64,000 nt of DNA from Candidatus Latescibacterota bacterium. Its GTDB lineage: Bacteria; Latescibacterota; UBA2968; UBA8231. The DNA is taken from contig CBDETY010000003.1 in the NCBI GenBank assembly GCA_965243025.1, forward strand, positions 4,896,001 through 4,960,000. Direction: 5' to 3'. Position 1 is the first letter of the stretch; every line of letters begins with the position of its first letter. Shown here in pieces: positions 63,413 to 64,000 of this stretch. The position numbers were made by a program, and so were the translations under genes. The notes under the pieces were generated by a model. It did not search any database and was not told the DNA's origin. It saw nothing but the letters and a program-made list of their open reading frames with translations.

Positions 63413-64000
63413 CTGAGGCGCTCTCCCGCAGCCTGCCTGGTCATCGCGAAAACGAGCAGGTTGGCCCCGAACTGCATGGCCAGGGTGTGGTAGCCGGCGG
63501 TGGGGTCTCCCCATGCCCAGGTGATACTGAGGTCGCTGAAGATGACCCCTACCCGGCCGCGGATCTGCAGCATTTCGAGCTGGGTCACCGTGCCGAACGG
63601 CGCCGCCGAAAGGGGCGGTCCGTCGGAGAAGCGGAAGTAGCAGTCGTAGAGCGGGTGGGTCTTGGGGATCGGTTCCCAGTCGGCGCCCGCTCCTCCCAGA
63701 ACCTGCGGGTCTTTCATCAGGTGCTTGAACTGGCGGTCGAAAGGAGTGCCTTCCAGGCCTGCCCCGCGCCGCCGCCAGACCGGCAGGTTGCTCGGCCTGA
63801 CGTCCTCGGCGAACAGAAGCCCTCCCTCATTCAGATACTGTCCCAGCCTGGTTTTCGTCGTCCCGGAGGCGGTGAGATCAGCCGCGTTGCCGGTCAGGTA
63901 GACCAGCAGAGCTCCGGCGAACTGCGGATCGGCCATGCTTTCCTCGCGCCACGAGACCGGTTCCCGGATACCTGTCTGGGTTTTGAAGAACGCGAGAAGC
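63409..64000 (-). CDS. DUF4159-domain protein (5' end outside the window)
   Basis: VYLTG, LGQYLNEGGLLFAED, HPLYDCYF and A..FGANL..FA. The frame is open to the window edge. Confidence 0.8.
   Translation of the reverse strand, partial: LLAFFKTQTGIREPVSWREESMADPQFAGALLVYLTGNAADLTASGTTKTRLGQYLNEGGLLFAEDVRPSNLPVWRRRGAGLEGTPFDRQFKHLMKDPQVLGGAGADWEPIPKTHPLYDCYFRFSDGPPLSAAPFGTVTQLEMLQIRGRVGVIFSDLSITWAWGDPTAGYHTLAMQFGANLLVFAMTRQAAGERLR

Overview
High-GC bacterial chromosome segment spanning the replication origin. Lineage is probably FCB-group/Latescibacterota-like, inferred from gene content only. Left arm (- strand): partial aspartokinase, fumC, a carbohydrate ABC transporter without its ATPase, yceI, three tRNAs and gyrA-gyrB-dciA-recF-dnaN-[oriC]-dnaA. 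Right arm (+ strand): rpmH-rnpA-yidD-yidC-mnmE-[2 parS]-rsmG, a CDP-alcohol phosphatidyltransferase, tmk, an S41 protease, rne/rng with a highly structured leader, rplU-rpmA, E. coli-type frdABCD and sucCD. An ~18 kb - strand block follows: giant TPR protein, sigma54 activator, DegP, Xaa-Pro peptidase, a System I*-type ccm operon with two extra genes, tandem DUF151 nucleases, a lipoprotein and a PufC-like dihaem cytochrome. After it come ispE-tRNA-Gln-rplY-pth (no prs), hppA, rpsF-DUF2232-rplI (no rpsR), an orphan lipoprotein, tRNA-Sec, Ldh2, PhyH, gap, a DtxR/MntR regulator, a plastid BASS4-like symporter, a Gfo/Idh/MocA oxidoreductase and a partial DUF4159 gene. No CRISPR array, IS element, integrase or prophage was seen. 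The window is mostly housekeeping. The best leads are the extended ccm/envelope block, the non-canonical quinolone pocket in both gyrase subunits, the rne leader RNA and the BASS4-like transporter.
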